From a virus: 64,000 nucleotides of DNA. The notes below the pieces were generated by a model. It did not search any database, had not been told where the DNA came from, and saw nothing but the letters and a program-made list of their open reading frames with translations. The position numbers and the translations under genes were made by a program. Shown here piece by piece: positions 1 to 9,911 of this stretch. Location of the stretch: positions 32,001 through 96,000 of IMG/VR virus record IMGVR_UViG_3300037258_000147, one strand, 5' to 3'. Each line of letters opens with the position of its first letter. Position 1 is the first letter of the stretch.

Positions 1-208
1 CAAGGGCAAATCATTTCTGTTTGCCTCCCTATGTCACCATAGGGGCCGGAGCACATCATAATCCACTTGGGATTCCTCGTCTATGCTCTCTACACATTTA
101 CCAACCTTGCGGTCGGATTTAGCTCGGTATTGTCTCAGGGAGAGTTCCACCGAATTAGCGAGGTTATTCAAGAATCATTGCTGATTCAGGCTGCTTTTCT
201 TGACGAAT
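1..208 (-). mobile_element. Group I intron 2 in major capsid gene (ORF-less, runs off window end)
   Basis: Minus strand has group I core-like elements (AATTCGGTGGAACTC, ATACCGAGCTAAA, TGTAGAGAGCATAGACG, GATGTGCTCCG, P9 CCCTATGGTGACATAGGG). Exon end CTGT pairs with GCAG, giving the U.G at the 5' splice site. The capsid frame hits a stop just inside the intron. Confidence 0.8.
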
Positions 209-976
209 ACAGTTTGTAGTTTTTGGAACCATCTTCTGGGTTTTTGCCCAGGAACACGGAGAAGATCGCGTCGTCTCCAAATATATAAGTGTTATAGTAC
301 GTGTTTCCACTTATTGTTACTGTCGGCGCAGTTGAAGTCTGCTTGAAGGTTACGCCCGCGAACGAAATAACATCATCGTTCTTAGGCAGTTCAAACAGCA
401 TGTTGTTCATTGACGGGTCACGCTTTAGGATATCCGTCAGACCGTTGTAAGAAGTATCGTTCAATACGTCTCTTACTACGTTCGGGTGAATGATCCCGCC
501 AAATTTTCCGTCAACCAATGGCCGAGCATTGACACTGACTAGGGATTGTGCCGCACTACGAATGTTATTCGCAGTTAGGTACGAGCCGTTTGCCAGTTGG
601 ATATTGACTAGCGTATCGACCGCGACAGCCGAGTCCGCCGTTAGTTGGACAAGGGTGTTGAGGGTGAGTGCTAGTCTGTAGTTTAGTTCGTTTGCCAGAT
701 TCTGTAGCAAACCCGGGTCGTCGATGGCAACGTCAAGAGCCAAATCTGAGGAGTTAATAAAGTCAGCGTACTGACCAATTGTAGCCACAATTTTGGTGCT
801 TGATTCTGAGATCGGCGATCCTACGGTACCTTCAGCCGCTTGGTTAATGTTGGCTGCTAGGAGCGAGTAGGTGTAGAACTGAATCTGGTTGCCCTGACGA
901 AGCGGCAACGGACGCTGCTTTGTCATGCTCAAAAACGGCGTCTGGGCTTTTAGGTTGGGGGTAGCTTCACGTTCAA
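209..976 (-). CDS. Major capsid protein, exon 2 (N4 gp56-like HK97-fold)
   Basis: GNQIQFYTY..L...EG motif and IIHPNVVRD motif; lies downstream of scaffold, portal and terminase. Confidence 0.85.
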
Positions 977-1938
977 CAATGTGTTTTAGCCGCCAACATC
1001 TCTGTTGGGGCGTTCTGCATATCACTATGCAGTTCAGACTGTGTCTTCAACTTTTTCAAAGCAATAAGCCTTAGATAGATTTCTTCTCTTTGTTCGGGGC
1101 AATGTTTTTTATGTCCCAATCTTATGTATTCCACAGCAGCTAAAGCCTCTTCTCTTTTCACTACAAGATACGGAAGAGTATTTAGAAAAAACTGTTCAAT
1201 ATGGAGTTTGTTAAAAAGACTCCAAGAATAACAATTTCTTTTTCCTTTTGATCTTACATCTCCGCCGTAGACTTCTTTGCAAGAGTCTAATATGGAACGA
1301 TCATTATTAGCTATGGTCAAAATCAGATGATAACAAATTACATTCCGACTGAGAGTTTTGTTCACTCGGATGCAACCTTCACCATCGAAGAAACCGGCAA
1401 TATAGGCTGGCTCTGCTTTAATATAATTGCTGTTCGTTTCAGTCGTTACGGACCCGTGTTGCTTTAGTTCTTTGAGTTGTTTAGCAACTCCGGTTTTCTG
1501 TTCCTCGGACAGACTGTCCTTGGTCTCGATAAACCGCATTAGAACTTCGGCTTGCTCCCTTTTATATTTCAAATAGGGCAGAATAGTTTTGAGGAAATCA
1601 ACAACGGTGGGAAAGGACTGGAGATACCAAATATACCAGTCTTCCCCTGCTTTGTTGTTTACATTTCTGGAAAAACTTCCTCCGAAATGTAAAACCAGCC
1701 ACTGCATTACCGCCCTTGATTTATTGCTTACATAAACCTTGGGTTCGTAGTAGGTTTTGATCCCTCGTTTGCGGGTGGCGATTCTTGCGCAGCCTTCTGC
1801 GTCAAAAAGCCCAGCCATATAACTCTTTGTTTTCTCTTTCACGGTTTCCTCGGTGTTTTCTGATGCTTTAATATTACCACACCTGATAATATTTGTCAAC
1901 CAGATTTTCGCCGATTTAGAACAGTTTTGATTCACCAA
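973..1938 (-). CDS. Intron-encoded double-motif LAGLIDADG homing endonuclease
   Basis: YMAGLFDAEG and YIAGFFDGEG motifs, each followed by a LPYLxxKrEqA segment; start codon uncertain. Confidence 0.9.
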   Translation of the reverse strand: MVNQNCSKSAKIWLTNIIRCGNIKASENTEETVKEKTKSYMAGLFDAEGCARIATRKRGIKTYYEPKVYVSNKSRAVMQWLVLHFGGSFSRNVNNKAGEDWYIWYLQSFPTVVDFLKTILPYLKYKREQAEVLMRFIETKDSLSEEQKTGVAKQLKELKQHGSVTTETNSNYIKAEPAYIAGFFDGEGCIRVNKTLSRNVICYHLILTIANNDRSILDSCKEVYGGDVRSKGKRNCYSWSLFNKLHIEQFFLNTLPYLVVKREEALAAVEYIRLGHKKHCPEQREEIYLRLIALKKLKTQSELHSDMQNAPTEMLAAKTHC

Positions 1939-1943
1939 GTTTT
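977..1943 (-). mobile_element. Group I intron 1 in major capsid gene
   Basis: P1 ATTCACT/GGTGAAT with U.G; terminal G at 977. Splicing gives in-frame ...AIH-F-EREATPNL. R element CCGTAACGACTGAAACG; S element AAGACACAGTCTGAAC; P9 CTGCATAGTGATATGCAG. Confidence 0.9.
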
Positions 1944-2007
1944 AGTGAATTGCAACTAAGTTAGGAAGCGCCCCGGACGTTACTATGGATGCAGGAGAGT
2001 AACTCAT
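1944..2007 (-). CDS. Major capsid protein, exon 1 (MSYSPASIVTSGALPNLVAIH)
   Basis: AAGGAG RBS upstream of ATG at 2007; 21 codons plus 1 nt ending at the intron P1. Confidence 0.85.
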
Positions 2008-2024
2008 GGTTACTCCTTTGTTGT

Positions 2025-3158
2025 TTAGTTAGAGCGCCGACCTTGCACTTTCTGTCTGCGAACGCCTTGATATAAAGCTTTTATCTGGGCATCGCTCAGA
2101 GAATCTAGGTCCTCGGCTGAGGGCGCGTTTTCGGTTGAGGGCGGTGCGACGGGTGTTACGTCCGACGACCTCAATCCTAACGCCGCTCTCGGGCGCGTCT
2201 CCGTTCGAACAATCCGTTCGTTCGTGGGGCGCGGCGCAGGTTCCGGTTCTGAAGACGGGACCGGCGGAGTTCTCGGGGGTTTGGGAAGTTTGACCAGCAA
2301 ATCATCGCTGCTCAAGTCTTCGAAAGCCTCCTCAATACTTTCTACTGTCCAATTACCAGTAGCAACTAAGCGGTCGAAGGTGGCGTTTTCTTCACCTTTC
2401 TTCACGATTTCACTTAGTTTAAACTTAGAAATCCATCTTACTATCGACTTGAAGTTTTCCCACTGGGGGTCTGGGTAGTAGTCTGGATTGTTTTCAATAA
2501 ATGATTTGGTAGCAGATTCCGCTTGCATTTGAGCTAAAGCATAGGTGCTTTTTTCTGCGGATTGCTGGGTCGTGCTAACCAGTTGTTGGAGAGTAAGTCC
2601 AGTTTTCTTTTGGAACCAGTTCTCCATGGCTAAGTCCGGATTATCTCCCAATTGGGTTTTAATCTCGAAAATTTCATCGGCTGACAGAACTCGATTTATC
2701 GGAAGCGGAACCGGCGGGGGGGTTGGTACCGTTTTTACTGGACTTCCTAGTTTAATCTGCTTGTTCTGTTCCCGAATCTTGTTGGTTGCGTTTATCTGGG
2801 CTTTTGCCAAGCTGGACAGCAATAACTCGTTTTTGGTCTTGCCCCAGTAAACCTGAGGATTTCCTCCAGCAGAACCAACTACTGTTAACTTCCACTGACC
2901 TTTTTCCTTTTCGAGAGTCGCGGTTCCGCCGTCAAACTCTACTGTCTCCGGGCTTTCATCTGGCGGAGGCGGCGGCGGTTCAGGATCGGAGGAAGGAGCT
3001 ACCGGCTGTCTGACAACCTCGGGTTCCAAAACTGGGTGGGGGTCTAAAGTCAGGTCCGGGTCTATTTCATCTAGTCTAGAGCTACTGAAATCTACGTGGG
3101 TAAAGGGGTCGGGATTACCGTTGGCGTCTAATAGCCATTGGTCTATTGTTGCTGGCAT
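2025..3158 (-). CDS. Putative capsid scaffolding protein
   Basis: 377 aa, Pro/Glu-rich, directly upstream of the capsid gene. Confidence 0.6.
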   Translation of the reverse strand: MPATIDQWLLDANGNPDPFTHVDFSSSRLDEIDPDLTLDPHPVLEPEVVRQPVAPSSDPEPPPPPPDESPETVEFDGGTATLEKEKGQWKLTVVGSAGGNPQVYWGKTKNELLLSSLAKAQINATNKIREQNKQIKLGSPVKTVPTPPPVPLPINRVLSADEIFEIKTQLGDNPDLAMENWFQKKTGLTLQQLVSTTQQSAEKSTYALAQMQAESATKSFIENNPDYYPDPQWENFKSIVRWISKFKLSEIVKKGEENATFDRLVATGNWTVESIEEAFEDLSSDDLLVKLPKPPRTPPVPSSEPEPAPRPTNERIVRTETRPRAALGLRSSDVTPVAPPSTENAPSAEDLDSLSDAQIKALYQGVRRQKVQGRRSN

Positions 3159-3311
3159 TTCGTTCTCCTACTCACAATCCGTGAGAGCGGGTTATTTTGT
3201 TCCTAGGTTTTATCCACAAAATGGACTAGTAGTTTTGATGTATTTGATAGCTTGGAATTGTTGTTATTACCGGTGGACTATAATAAGGGTCGAACCTTCA
3301 AAACATGCCAC

Positions 3312-3665
3312 TTATATACCCATCGCTTTCGCTACGTCTGTTGCTTCGCTTAGATTATAGAGATACCGCTGAAATTCTGGGCTTGGGTGTTCTACGAATT
3401 CGACGGCCTTTGGTAAATCTTCTTTGAACTTTCTTAGGAATTCATCTAGGGCGTGTACGGCTGCGTGCGCCCCAATTACCCCAGGGTCTCCGGGCGGTAG
3501 CCTGCGATAAGCTAAATCTATGTCATTGACGTACTGTTCTACGAATTCTACTAAATCTGGCCAAGCGGGAGATACAACAACCCCACGCATCTTGCGTCCG
3601 AATTCGTATAATTCAAAGTCCTGCTCACCTTGCTCTAAAGAAATTTCGTCTAGTTTAGTTGACAT
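3312..3665 (-). CDS. Hypothetical protein (head module)
   Basis: 117 aa ORF between portal and scaffold. Confidence 0.7.
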   Translation of the reverse strand: MSTKLDEISLEQGEQDFELYEFGRKMRGVVVSPAWPDLVEFVEQYVNDIDLAYRRLPPGDPGVIGAHAAVHALDEFLRKFKEDLPKAVEFVEHPSPEFQRYLYNLSEATDVAKAMGI

Positions 3666-3864
3666 TCAAACCCCCAAAGACGTGATCTAGATTAACTATG
3701 TTGGGGCCTTGCGGGGGTTTTGAAGGTGAAAAATTTCCGGGCTTCTTATTCAGGAACCGTCCAGTTTCGTTAAGTAACTTGGTAAGTTCTTCGTCGGACA
3801 GGTTGTCGTATTCCGTGCCGGGGATTGCGTTTGCTTTGGTGATGAAATTAGGCTGGTTAGACAT
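3655..3864 (-). CDS. Hypothetical protein
   Basis: 69 aa ORF with GGAG upstream, overlaps the next start. Confidence 0.55.
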   Translation of the reverse strand: MSNQPNFITKANAIPGTEYDNLSDEELTKLLNETGRFLNKKPGNFSPSKPPQGPNIVNLDHVFGGLNVN

Positions 3865-4088
3865 CTAGGCCGATCTCCCGTTTAGGTCGTCCCTAGTATC
3901 TACCCACGGATCGTATGCTCCATTTGAGGCTCTCTTTTTGCGCTGTTTAAACCAATTATTTATTCTACTGACTAGAATGTTAAATTTGAATTTCCACGTG
4001 TTGAACCACTTCTTCATTCTTTCACCTCTACCGTAATCCACGGTGACGGGTTATTTTGTCCACAAAACGGACGGTTTAGTTTTTTAGA

Positions 4089-6176
4089 TTAAACGAGAGA
4101 GCCGAACCCGCCAGAAGCGGACGGCGCTCCTGTCAAATCCTGCGGGGCTACTGATGCCTTGAAGCCCTCCCTCAAAACGTCTCTTGCCGCTCTCGCAACA
4201 TTTTCTGAGTCGGCTTGTTGTTCTTGTATCTGAGACCTTTGAGCCAACAGTTGCTGTTGTTGCTGGAACTTCTGTTCGTTTACTCCGCCTTGAGATTGCT
4301 GCTGCTGCCTTTGTTTATCTTCGTCCGTCATTGGTACAATAATGTCGTGGAAGTTTTTCATTTCAGCGGCTTCGAACCAGTTCCGGATAATCTCATCTAC
4401 ATTGACTTTCTTGCCTTCGATTGCTAGTTGTTCTACAATAGACGGCTGAGAAAGAAATTGAGTCAATTGGGGGAGGGCCTGAACCATAATCCGGCGAACC
4501 TGCATCTTGGACCCCGCCAGAATATCAAACTTTACTCTAGCGTTTAAGATGTCTAATAAGTCTCCAGGTTTACCTTCTTCATCTAAATACTCATGCTTTA
4601 GTTCGTCAGACATGACGTAGTTTAATTGGGACTCTGGCAACATAGCCCGATTCATTTCCTGAAATTCATATAGCATTGGAACTATAACTTGGTTCGCAAG
4701 TTTGTCCACGAAATCGGAAATCGGGTTGTAAGCACCTTGTAACAGTCCTTGAGCGCCCGCAGAACTTCTAGCTAGATTCGAGTGTCCGGACGACCCAGCT
4801 TGTCCCATAGAACTAATTGGGTTCGCGCCAGATACAGTTTCTACTCTGCCCTGGGACCAGCCTATTAAGGCTCCGGCCTCGGGGACTGGTGCTGGTCTGC
4901 CTAATGGCGCTAAGTCTCCTTGAGAGTCTACTTGAATAATTTTACCAGGACCGATGCGAATATTCTGGGTAGGAATACTCTTTCCACGGACCTGTACAAG
5001 CGGGGTATTTAAAGCAAGAGAAGCGTTGTCAATAATAAGATGGGTGATACCAGTTTGAAGTCTTTGCTCCGCCCCAATCGTGCGCCCGAGACCCAAAGAC
5101 CAGAAAGCTCCTGGGATGTCCCACCATCCGACAGAGAGAAACGGGATTTTCCCGTAAATATTTTTGTCGTTGTAGATTACAAGTTTTTTCTGTAAGGCTA
5201 TTATATAAGTGTTGTTATCCCAACGTTCTAAAACCTCTAGGGGTTTTTGTAACGGATCGGCGGTGGTTTCTTCCCAACGAGGTTCTGCCCGGGCTTCCCA
5301 TAAAGGATTCCTAGAGCCATCTTCAGACACGTTTGATTCTACAGGTTCCTGAGGCGGCAAGAATAATTTTAGTAAGTCGTCTTTGGAAGGAATTGTATAG
5401 CCGGGGCGGTCCCGGAGCTTGTCTAAATCCTCCCACGTCATGTACCGGCGGCGGATAACATATTTTGCCTTGCGGATATCAGGCACATTAAGGCCGGGGT
5501 CTACTAAGACCTCCCGCATGTTTACAATGTGCTCAAATATAGGCCGGTCTACTACTTCTTCAATTACTTCTTCTTCTAATTCCCCAGAAGACAGTCTGGT
5601 TGGGGGAGTGCCAGGAACTAAACTCGGAACTGTCGCAGTAGGAGTTTTACGCTTGATTATTTTCCGTTCTTTAGTAAACTTTTCCCAGCCCCATTGGAAT
5701 AACGCCGTGCCGAATAACAAGCAGTTTCTCGTCCCAAGGACCATTTCTGTCCGGAAATCTATATCGTCTAGTTGATAACCTAATAAAGCAGAAACAGCCC
5801 GGGCAGCCTGAGAACTAGTTCCTGGTCTTTCTTGGGTAACGAACGGAGGATTTTCATAAAACAATCCGGACATTACTTGCGGTACAATACCGTTTACTGA
5901 AGTAGCTACTGTGAAAAACGGGATACTAGCTGCTTCTGTGGTTGTTCCGGGCCAGCAGCGGGGGCTGTTCGGGCTTTCGTAAAGAAATCGACTCGCACTC
6001 CAGCTTAAAATCCAGGCTTTTGTGTTCTCGGCTTGCTCCGCTCTTTGAGCGTCCTGGACCACCAATTTCAAAGCAGGCGAGTCTTCTTCCCAATAGCCGA
6101 CGTGCATCCGAGAAATTGCCTCAGATGGCGTGATATCCATATTAGGGTTTATCTTCGGTTCAGGGAGTATTGACAT
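4089..6176 (-). CDS. Portal protein (podovirus-like)
   Basis: 695 aa with FGTALFQWGW, GKIPF and PGKII motifs and a Gln-rich C-terminal helix; near the terminase. Confidence 0.85.
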   Translation of the reverse strand: MSILPEPKINPNMDITPSEAISRMHVGYWEEDSPALKLVVQDAQRAEQAENTKAWILSWSASRFLYESPNSPRCWPGTTTEAASIPFFTVATSVNGIVPQVMSGLFYENPPFVTQERPGTSSQAARAVSALLGYQLDDIDFRTEMVLGTRNCLLFGTALFQWGWEKFTKERKIIKRKTPTATVPSLVPGTPPTRLSSGELEEEVIEEVVDRPIFEHIVNMREVLVDPGLNVPDIRKAKYVIRRRYMTWEDLDKLRDRPGYTIPSKDDLLKLFLPPQEPVESNVSEDGSRNPLWEARAEPRWEETTADPLQKPLEVLERWDNNTYIIALQKKLVIYNDKNIYGKIPFLSVGWWDIPGAFWSLGLGRTIGAEQRLQTGITHLIIDNASLALNTPLVQVRGKSIPTQNIRIGPGKIIQVDSQGDLAPLGRPAPVPEAGALIGWSQGRVETVSGANPISSMGQAGSSGHSNLARSSAGAQGLLQGAYNPISDFVDKLANQVIVPMLYEFQEMNRAMLPESQLNYVMSDELKHEYLDEEGKPGDLLDILNARVKFDILAGSKMQVRRIMVQALPQLTQFLSQPSIVEQLAIEGKKVNVDEIIRNWFEAAEMKNFHDIIVPMTDEDKQRQQQQSQGGVNEQKFQQQQQLLAQRSQIQEQQADSENVARAARDVLREGFKASVAPQDLTGAPSASGGFGSLV

Positions 6177-6321
6177 TTATCTTCCGTGTGGTACAATGGG
6201 TTCTCAGTCAATCAGACTTGGTGGCTTCGATTTCAGAACTTACCGATAAGGTTCTCGGGTATTGGTGCGCCCCACTCCCTTGTCACGGAGACATTCTGAA
6301 GAGATTATCCATAAAATGGAC

Positions 6322-6660
6322 TCAATAAGTCTGCATCATGGAGTTCGGCTCCATTTGACCTGTCTCGCAATTGATGCTTCCCTTGATCGAGAGTGCGGAC
6401 CCGCCGACTCCCTCACCTTTGTTCTTCATAACCGGAAAATCGGCTTTGCCCCAGACGGACGGGGTTTGGTCCCCGGAGTCTTGGGTGTGCATTGGACCTT
6501 CTTGGGACTCGGTTTGCTTGACTAGCTGTCCAGCGCCTGAGGATTCTCCGGCGGACCCTGAAGGACCGACTGCGGGGAAATCAGTTGCTTTTGCGTAACG
6601 AGGGGATTCTAGATTGCCCCCTAAAGAAATAAGACCGCCCATTTTTGATTCGGTGTTCAT
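6322..6660 (-). CDS. Hypothetical Gly/Ser-rich protein
   Basis: 112 aa with internal repeat KAtDFPav/KADFPV. Confidence 0.65.
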   Translation of the reverse strand: MNTESKMGGLISLGGNLESPRYAKATDFPAVGPSGSAGESSGAGQLVKQTESQEGPMHTQDSGDQTPSVWGKADFPVMKNKGEGVGGSALSIKGSINCETGQMEPNSMMQTY

Positions 6661-6664
6661 TTTG

Positions 6665-6991
6665 TTAACCTCTTGGAATTAGTGCGGGCGGTAATGCCCG
6701 ATTTTCGGATTGTGTCGGAGCAGACGTGCTCCACGGGGGAGTAAAACTTTGTCCATTTAATGGACTTGCTGCTGGTTTCCAACCATTTGGTTTATCTACT
6801 CTAACGTGCGGCTGGACAGTGATTCTGAATAATTCGTAAGTCCCGGTATTTTCGTTGTCAGAATTTTGTGGCATTTTGCTTACAAATCTCTGCCCGGTAG
6901 GAACGTTCCACGAACTTGGAGTCGAGGCATCGGCCCAATGATCGGACAAAACCTCTCCGTTGTCTTCTAGTATCTGTAGGTGGATTTTCAT
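6665..6991 (-). CDS. Hypothetical protein
   Basis: 108 aa, abuts the terminase stop. Confidence 0.65.
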   Translation of the reverse strand: MKIHLQILEDNGEVLSDHWADASTPSSWNVPTGQRFVSKMPQNSDNENTGTYELFRITVQPHVRVDKPNGWKPAASPLNGQSFTPPWSTSAPTQSENRALPPALIPRG

Positions 6992-9112
6992 TTATCCCCA
7001 CAACCCCGCTCCTAGAATATTCGGCATACCGCCGGGGCTGGCGCTTGGTAAGTCGGGTTCTGGTAAGAAATCTGTCATACTAGACATTAAAGGTGATGGA
7101 GAGTCCAAGGACTGAAACATGCCGTCATCTCCTAACAAAAACCTTGAAGGGGACATTTGTTGGTGTGGACTTATTACTCCGTCGTCGCCCATGAAATACG
7201 CTTGACCTAAATTCGGTCGGTAATTAGGGTCGTAGATGTCATACCAGCCTTGACGATCCACATTCGAAAACATTTCTGTTCTATTCTCTACGATGACCTG
7301 AGTTGCTTTGGGAGCATATCTATTAGGCATCTGAGAGATAACATCTGGTATATCGTCGTGGTGGTGACTAACGAGACATTTTTCCCACTCAGAATAAAAG
7401 GCTTCTAGCTGAGGGTCGTCGGGGGCCATGCAGGCGTTCAGAAATTTCAATCGGCCTTCAGCTATCCACGGGTGCATGGACCGCATACGGACACGTTTTG
7501 CGTCGACCTGATTGTCTGTGGGAACCCAATCAATATGGGAGCACACCTCGATTACGCGAGGATTCTGAGTTCTAAGCGCGGTAGAAATAATGGTGGGTTC
7601 GAGTAATTCGGAACCAGCCGCTTTTTCAATGCCGATAATCCACGGCTGTTCTTGTTCTGCTAGGTCTACGATGGCTTGGGCCAAGGCAGAGTGGTTGAAT
7701 CTGCCGCGAATAATTTTTCGGACGTATCCTACGGTTTTTCTGTTTCCGGTTTTAGTTCCGTCTGGTTTTAACTCGTCTTCTTCGGACCATATAATGGACG
7801 CGCCTGTGGAGTAGTCTCTGCCCTTTTTTTGGCTAAAAGCAAAGTCCCAGAACTGGCAGCAGGGACCTTGACGCGGTAGTCTTTGAAACGGGACAACCGA
7901 GCGAACCATAAAAGCTCGATTGAATTCTACGTCACTTGCCGCTTGAGGATTTTGATTAAGTTGACCTTCAGTTACTCTTTCGTTCTTAGTGAACTTACTC
8001 ATAAAGAAAGAGTAAGACATTAAGTTAGGAAGAAGAAGTATACATCCGTCTTCCCCGGCTTCGGAGTAGGTTACGGGGCGGCCTTCTCTGGCTAATTTCT
8101 CGGCAACTTCCTGCTTTATCTGACAACACTTGCCTATTAAGATGTCTACATTAAAGGTCTGGTTATGTAGAAATTGCCATCCCCGACCCTGACGAAGTAC
8201 CAAGACCTCGCCTTTGGTTTTGAACTTGTCGGTTAATTTTCCGTAGTGGTCTACCTCGTGATAACGGGTTCCGATAAACTGAATGTAGAACCCACCCCCT
8301 CCTGGAATCAAAAGGTTCTCGACCAAATCTAATTTTTCGGATACGCTAAGACATTGGGTCTCTGTCTCAGAGTTCTTATCCGAAACAGCATCATCTGCCT
8401 TTATAACTTCGTAATGCCAGCCCGATTTTGTCTTTCCCACTGACGAAGCAACAATCGTAGGTTCCTTACGTCCGGTTTTCTTTGACTTGTAGACTGGGGT
8501 TGTGTAGAGGTTCCCCTTTCTCATGTCTTTGGCTAGACTGCAATGTTCTGGAAAGAATAGATTCGAGAAACTCGGATCATCCTCCCGGATAGTAAACATG
8601 GCCTTGACTTCGCTCATAAAACCAACAGACAAGCTGGCTTCGGCGGTCAGGTATAGGATTCGGATGCTAGGGTATGCAATAACCCACTGGTAGGTGTCTA
8701 CGTGGTCCGAGAAACTTTTAGCTCCTCCACGCGGCCAAAGCAAGACTCTGGTTTTTACGGGACTAAGTTTCTCAATAGAGACAGCGGGGTCTTTCTTGAC
8801 ATATAGGTCCCAAATGGAGTCGTATTGCGGGTCTAAAAATATGTTTTTCTCTATCGGTAGAATTCCACCGTCAGAAGCCGGAATAGCGTCCCAGAGGAAA
8901 TAATGAGCTAACCACCGAATGTCGAATACGCAGCGCCTACGAACTTCTTTCCCCAAAGACGAGGTAGGTACAGTATCTGATCCTAATTTAGAAAGATTCA
9001 CTAAATCTTGTTTTATTTCCAGAAGAAAGGAGTATAGAATATCGTTTGGGATATTCTCTTTACTTCCATATTGATCCTGGAGTGAGTCGAATCTATCTCG
9101 ATTACCTGACAT
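6992..9112 (-). CDS. terL: Terminase large subunit
   Basis: Walker A PRGGAKS, Walker B IKADD, GTRY, nuclease WDFAFS...DYS, HDDIPD. Confidence 0.92.
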   Translation of the reverse strand: MSGNRDRFDSLQDQYGSKENIPNDILYSFLLEIKQDLVNLSKLGSDTVPTSSLGKEVRRRCVFDIRWLAHYFLWDAIPASDGGILPIEKNIFLDPQYDSIWDLYVKKDPAVSIEKLSPVKTRVLLWPRGGAKSFSDHVDTYQWVIAYPSIRILYLTAEASLSVGFMSEVKAMFTIREDDPSFSNLFFPEHCSLAKDMRKGNLYTTPVYKSKKTGRKEPTIVASSVGKTKSGWHYEVIKADDAVSDKNSETETQCLSVSEKLDLVENLLIPGGGGFYIQFIGTRYHEVDHYGKLTDKFKTKGEVLVLRQGRGWQFLHNQTFNVDILIGKCCQIKQEVAEKLAREGRPVTYSEAGEDGCILLLPNLMSYSFFMSKFTKNERVTEGQLNQNPQAASDVEFNRAFMVRSVVPFQRLPRQGPCCQFWDFAFSQKKGRDYSTGASIIWSEEDELKPDGTKTGNRKTVGYVRKIIRGRFNHSALAQAIVDLAEQEQPWIIGIEKAAGSELLEPTIISTALRTQNPRVIEVCSHIDWVPTDNQVDAKRVRMRSMHPWIAEGRLKFLNACMAPDDPQLEAFYSEWEKCLVSHHHDDIPDVISQMPNRYAPKATQVIVENRTEMFSNVDRQGWYDIYDPNYRPNLGQAYFMGDDGVISPHQQMSPSRFLLGDDGMFQSLDSPSPLMSSMTDFLPEPDLPSASPGGMPNILGAGLWG

Positions 9113-9122
9113 AAACCGTCCA

Positions 9123-9389
9123 TTAATTGGACAAATCGTCCTTGTCTTCCGGAGACCAGTATCGGCAACAGCCTTTTATCGGGTCTATAATCTTGAACCC
9201 GGTTTTCTTGTCCGAAGGAACTTGCTTGTCTTTTGCGACTATCTTCTGTCGGCAAAGATTTTTTCCTGTTAAATACTCGCAAGTTCCGCAGTGAATTCTG
9301 AGAGGGGTCTCGATATATTCAGATACACGAGTTCCTTCTCCGTGGGGTTCGGATTTACCCATCGCGGTTTTGGCTCTTGAGTCCGTCAT
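9123..9389 (-). CDS. Small Cys-rich protein
   Basis: CGTCEY...C...GCCRYW pattern, possible metal or Fe-S binding. Confidence 0.6.
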   Translation of the reverse strand: MTDSRAKTAMGKSEPHGEGTRVSEYIETPLRIHCGTCEYLTGKNLCRQKIVAKDKQVPSDKKTGFKIIDPIKGCCRYWSPEDKDDLSN

Positions 9390-9558
9390 TACTTTATTTT
9401 CTTTTCCAAAGCCAATCCGTGCATGTCAATTAGTGGAGATTCTTTTCCGTCTCCGTGAAAGCAGTGACCATACCCAGCCTCGGTAAGTTTATCGTAAATC
9501 TCGTAGTAGGTTTCTTCGGAGACTGGCAGAGTTACGTAGGTGTAAGTGGAGGTAAGCA

Positions 9559-9741
9559 TTACTTTTTTCGTTTCCGGGACTGGCCCGATTCGGACAGGGC
9601 GACTGCGATCGCCTGCTTGGGGTTTGTTACTTTCGGTCCTTTTTTAGAACCTGAATGTAGAGACCCGCTCTTAAACTCATCCATTACCGTTTTTACGGCA
9701 GCGCGTTTTCCAGATTTTGTAGTAGGCTTTTTGTCAGGCAT
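9559..9741 (-). CDS. DUF6496-like basic protein
   Basis: VMDEFKSGSLHSG...KVTNPKQAIAVALSE motif. Confidence 0.75.
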   Translation of the reverse strand: MPDKKPTTKSGKRAAVKTVMDEFKSGSLHSGSKKGPKVTNPKQAIAVALSESGQSRKRKK

Positions 9742-9911
9742 CTACCAACTCCTTAAGCAGTTGCTCACCATAAACAGCTTCGTTTTCTTTCTCGGATGCT
9801 ATTGCAAGATAGCCGTTTAGACGAGAGTTGTTCGCCGACATTCTATCTTGGCGAATCTTTCCAGTCAGGTAAAATCGAAACCGCTCGATAACGTCTGGTG
9901 TCATATTTCCT

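Noticed and set aside
977-1025. N-terminus MICRTPQQRCWRLKHIV of the 186..1025 ORF
   Set aside because: This is intron P9 sequence; the true N-terminus comes from exon 1 at 1944-2007.
6200-6300. tRNA-Asp-like hairpin (CTCC-CTTGTCAC-GGAG) upstream of the portal gene
   Set aside because: No acceptor stem or properly placed T arm, and it is on the strand opposite local transcription.
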